A stretch of DNA of 64,000 nt from Hemiscyllium ocellatum (taxonomy: Eukaryota). Positions 59,918 through 64,000 of the stretch are shown here, one piece after another. Made by a program: the position numbers and the translations under genes. Where the stretch lies: positions 10,281,534 through 10,345,533 of the forward strand of contig NC_083409.1 of the NCBI RefSeq assembly GCF_020745735.1, given 5' to 3'. Position 1 is the stretch's first letter. Every line of letters starts with the position of its first letter. The notes below the pieces were generated by a model, which saw only the letters and a program-made list of their open reading frames with translations, searched no databases and was not told the DNA's origin.

Positions 59918-62900
59918 TCCATTTGCCACACCTCTGCCCATTTCCCCAAATGATCAAGGTCCCACTGTACTCTCAGATAAGCTTCTTCACTATCCACTGT
60001 ACCACCAATTTTGGGATCATTTACAAACTCGCCATAATTCCTATATTCACATCCAAATCATTTATTTAAATAATGAAAAGCCGTGGACCCAGCACCAATC
60101 CTTGTGGCACACAGCTGACATCTGATCTCCAGTCTGAAAAGCAACCCCTTACCACCACTCTCTGTCTCCTATCTTGAAGTCATTTTTTTTACCCAAATGG
60201 CTAGCTCCCCTGGATCCCATGTGGCCTAACCTTACTAATCAGTCTATCATGTGGAACCTTGTCAAATGCTTTGCTGAAGTCCATAGTGTCTACTGTTCTG
60301 CCTACATCAATCTTCTCTTCAAACAACCTCAATCACGTTAGTGAGACACGATTACCATGCACAAAACTGCATTGATTGTCCAAATGCATGTAAATCCTGT
60401 CCCTCAGAATTCACTCCAATAACTTACCCAGCAATGACATCAGGCTCACTGGTTTATAGTCCCCTGGCTTTTCCTTACAGCCTTTCTTAAATAATGGCTA
60501 ACATTAGCCAACCTCTCTGGTTCTCCAGAACCTCACTCATGGCTGTCAATCAGAAACATACCTCAGCAAGGGGTCCAGCAATCTCTTTCCTAGCTTTCCA
60601 CAATGTCCTGGGATACACCTGATCAGGTCCTGGAGATTTATCTTCTGTCTTGCACTTAAACTCATCTTCTTCTGTAATGTGGACTTGTGTCAAGACATTA
60701 CTATTTACTTCCCAAGTTCCCAAATTTCCATGTCTTTCTCCATGATAAATACTGACCTGGAATATTCATTTAAGACCTAAACCATTTCCTGTGGATACAC
60801 CCAGAGGTACATTGTTCATCTTCATGGGGCCCTATTCTCTCTCTAGTTACTCTTTTGCCCTTTTCTTATTTACCATAATTCTACCACTTTTGCCCTTGAG
60901 TAAGTTCAGGAATTGTTTGCCCTCCTTCAAATGTATCTCGAATATACCTGGTCCACATCCTCTACTATTCTTTTCAGGACTTTCCTGCCAACCTTTGATC
61001 CCACTTTATTCAGATCCGTTACATCCATATCCTATAGAAGCTGGCATTTTCCCCAGTGAAGATGTTTGACCCTGAAAAGGCCTTTGTTCTTTTCTACCAT
61101 CACCCTCAAATTTGTGATACTTAAGGGCACTCTTCCTTAAGTGTCCTCTCACTGACACTTGATCCACATGGGCCTCCTCATTTCCAAGATCCAGATCTAG
61201 CAGAGCCTCCTTTCTCATTGGACTGGAAACCTGCGGCTGGAGAAAATTCACATGAACACACTCTCACGACTCTGGCCCCTCTGTCCTTCACACTGCTACT
61301 ACCCCAGTCTATATTCATAAATTAAAGACATTCACACCCCACCAACCCCATTTATAATGACTATTACATTTGCAGGTCTCTGTAAATTCCTTGCAAATGT
61401 ATTCCTCTAAATCCTTCCCACTGGGTGGTGACTTATTGACTGCACTGATGATTCTGTGGACCTTGGTGTTTCTCTCTGACAGTCCCTCCTGGCTTCCACA
61501 GCCCTGCCAAGTTAGCTTAAACCCTCTCCAACAGCACGAGTAGATCACCTCAAAGGAGCTCAGTGCCAGCTCTGTTCAGGAGCAACGCTGTCTGGTCTAA
61601 CCAGGTCCCATCTCCCCCAGACCCAGTCCCAATATCACAAGAATCTAAAACCATCCCTCCTGGATCCTCTTCCCAGCCCCACAGTCACTTGTGTTATCCT
61701 CCTGCTCCTCTTCTCACTTGTGTGAGGCACTGGGAGTAATCTGAAGATTCCTACTTTTGAGTTCCTGATGTTAATTCCCTTCTGATCTCCCTAAATTCTG
61801 ACTGCAGGACCACATCCCTTTTCTCCCTCTGTCACTGGGACCGATGTGGTCCACGACTGCTGCCTGTTCCCCCTCTCCCCTCAGGGTGCTCTGCAGTCGC
61901 TCAGTGACATCCTTGACCCTGGCACCAGGGAGACAACACACCATCCTGGATTCCCATCTGCAGCTGCAGAAACACCTATCGATGCCCTCACTCTCGAATC
62001 TCCTTCCACGATCACTCTTCCCGTCTTCCTTATACAACCACCTCCCCCCCCCACCCCCCGCCCCACCACCCCCCGCCCCAATACAACTGAGCCACCAGTG
62101 GTGCCATAGACTTGGCTCTGGCTGCACTCCCCAGATGAACCATCATTCTCATCAGGATTCCAAACTGAATTCTGTTTGGAGAGTGGGATACACTCAGGGT
62201 ATTCCTGTACTAGCTGCCTGGTCCTTTTGGACTGTCTGCTGCTCCTCCATTCCCTCTCTCCCTGCATACTCTGAAGCTGCAGAGTGACCACATCTAGAAA
62301 CGTGCTCTCCACGGAGCTCTCAGCCTCACGGACGCTCCGCACTGACACCAGCTGCTGCTCAAGCTCCGAAACCCAGAGCTTCAACTGCTATCACTGACCA
62401 CACTTCCTGTACTCATGGTATTCCAGGAGCTGGGAAGCATTCTGAAGTTCCCACAAGGAACAGGATGCACACGCTCTCCACTCTTTGGTTGTCTCTGGGC
62501 AAAGTTCTGATGACAAACAGCTACAGCAGGGCTCACAGTCCAGTGGGTTCAGTGTTGCAGGGTTTTGGGATTACTCTCCAGAAGTCTTTAAAAAATAGGA
62601 GCACAAATCAGCCATTCAGCCCATTGGATCTGCTCTGCCATTTGATCTTGGCAGATATGCTTCTCACCCCCATTCTCCTGCCTACTCCACAGGAACGTTC
62701 GATCCCCTTTACAATCACAAACCTATCTATCTCTGTCTTAAATACACTCAGTGACTTGGTCTCTAGCCCACTGTAGCAATGAGTTCCACAGATTTCCCAC
62801 CGTCTGGCTGAAGAAAGTCCTCCTCATCTCAGCTCGAAAGGTTGGCCCTTCATTCTGAGGTTGTGCCTTGGTTACCGAGTCTCTCCTGTTTTTAGAAACA

Positions 62901-64000
62901 TCTTCTCTGTATCCACTCTACCCAGGTCTATCAGTATTCTGTAAATTTCAATAAGGTGCCTTTGAAGTCTAAAACCTTACCAACAACTGAGTCCTGGCTA
63001 ACTGGCCTATCATGTCCCATCTTCTACCTCCCTCCCTTCTTAAACAGGGATGGTGTGTAAGCCATTTTCCTGTCCCTTGCCCCCACCAAATCCGTCCCCA
63101 CCCCACCTCCACACCCTGACTCCATTGATTCCTGAAAGATCATCACCAATGCCTCCACAATCTCCTCAACAATCTCCTTCAGAACACACTGGTGTAGTTC
63201 ATCCAGTCTGGGTGCGTTATCCACATTCAGACCATCTAACTTCCCCAGTACCTCCTCCTTAGTGATGGCCACTGCACTCCCATCCGACCCCTGACAGTCT
63301 TGAAGTACTGGTACACTACTAGTGTTTTCCATGGTGCAGACTGATGTGAAGTATCTATTCAATTCCTCTGCTATTCCTTCATTTCCTGTTATTCTTTCTC
63401 CAGCCTCATTTCCAGTGATCCATAGTCTATTTTTGACTCCCTCTTCCTTCTTATACACCTGATAAAGCTCCTGCAATCTTCTTTTATATTACTGGCTAGA
63501 TAACTCCCACATTTCACCTTCTCCACCCTTAATGCTTTTTCAGTTATCCTCTGCAGATTTTTAAAGGCTTCCTAATCCTCTGGCCTCCCACTATTCTCCA
63601 CCACATTGTATGCCTTTTCCTTTTGTTTTTATGCTGTCCTTGACCTCCCCCATCAGCCATGGTTGCCTTGTCCTCCCCCTGGTATGTTTCTTCTTTTTTG
63701 GGATGAGTTCCTGTTCTGCTTCCTGAATTACCCCCAGAAACCCTGCTGTTTGCTGTCCCACCATTATACCTGCTCGAGTCCCCTTCCAACCAACTCTGGC
63801 CAGCTCCTTCCTCATGTCTTTGGAGTTACCTTTACTCAATTGAAACACTGTTCAATCTGATTACAGCTTCTCTCTCAAACTACAGGGAGAATTCTATTGC
63901 ATTATTGTCACATATCCATCGGGATACTTTCACCTTAAACTCACGAGTCAAGTTTGCCTCAATACACATCACCGAATCTAGACCTGCCTGTTCCATAATG

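Larger units (their letters stand above)
51040..64000. repeat. Right arm of inverted segmental duplication containing Ig cluster 2 (runs off the window)
   Basis: See left arm; position 64000 aligns to about 16225. Confidence 0.9.
58080..64000 (-). mobile_element. CR1-type LINE fragments filling the cluster 2 J-C intron
   Basis: Reverse-complement counterparts of 16225-21935. Confidence 0.8.

Noticed and set aside
62040-62082. G-quadruplex-prone G/C runs (also about 19080, 35755, 50100)
   Set aside because: Simple homopolymer-like expansions inside repeats, not shared between the arms and prone to sequencing error.

Overview
Repeat-rich vertebrate DNA, almost certainly shark: it carries HE1/V-SINE-type SINEs, CR1-type LINEs and cluster-type Ig genes resembling nurse shark NS4 from memory. 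It holds two immunoglobulin kappa-type (type III/NS4-like) light-chain clusters arranged head-to-head inside a large inverted duplication (arms about 16.2-30.0 kb and 51.0-64.0 kb, with a ~21 kb spacer of retroelement debris). Cluster 1 (minus strand) is unrearranged L-V-12RSS / 23RSS-J / C and multiply disabled: a stop in FR2, a mutated V heptamer, a missing J heptamer, a GC donor, and two compensating frameshifts in C. Cluster 2 (plus strand) is an already joined, out-of-frame VJ with an intact V domain; its C exon is expected just past the window end. The two V genes differ mostly in the CDRs, including tandem synonymous Ser codon switches. Both arms conserve a unique block 5-6 kb upstream of V carrying EICE, E-box, kappaB-like and Runx motifs, a candidate enhancer. 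The window also has Penelope-like elements and about ten short derivatives with minimal hammerhead-ribozyme motifs (four flanked by 11-14 bp target duplications), plus a decayed Gmr1-like Gypsy element. All alignments and counts were done by eye, and repeat boundaries are approximate.
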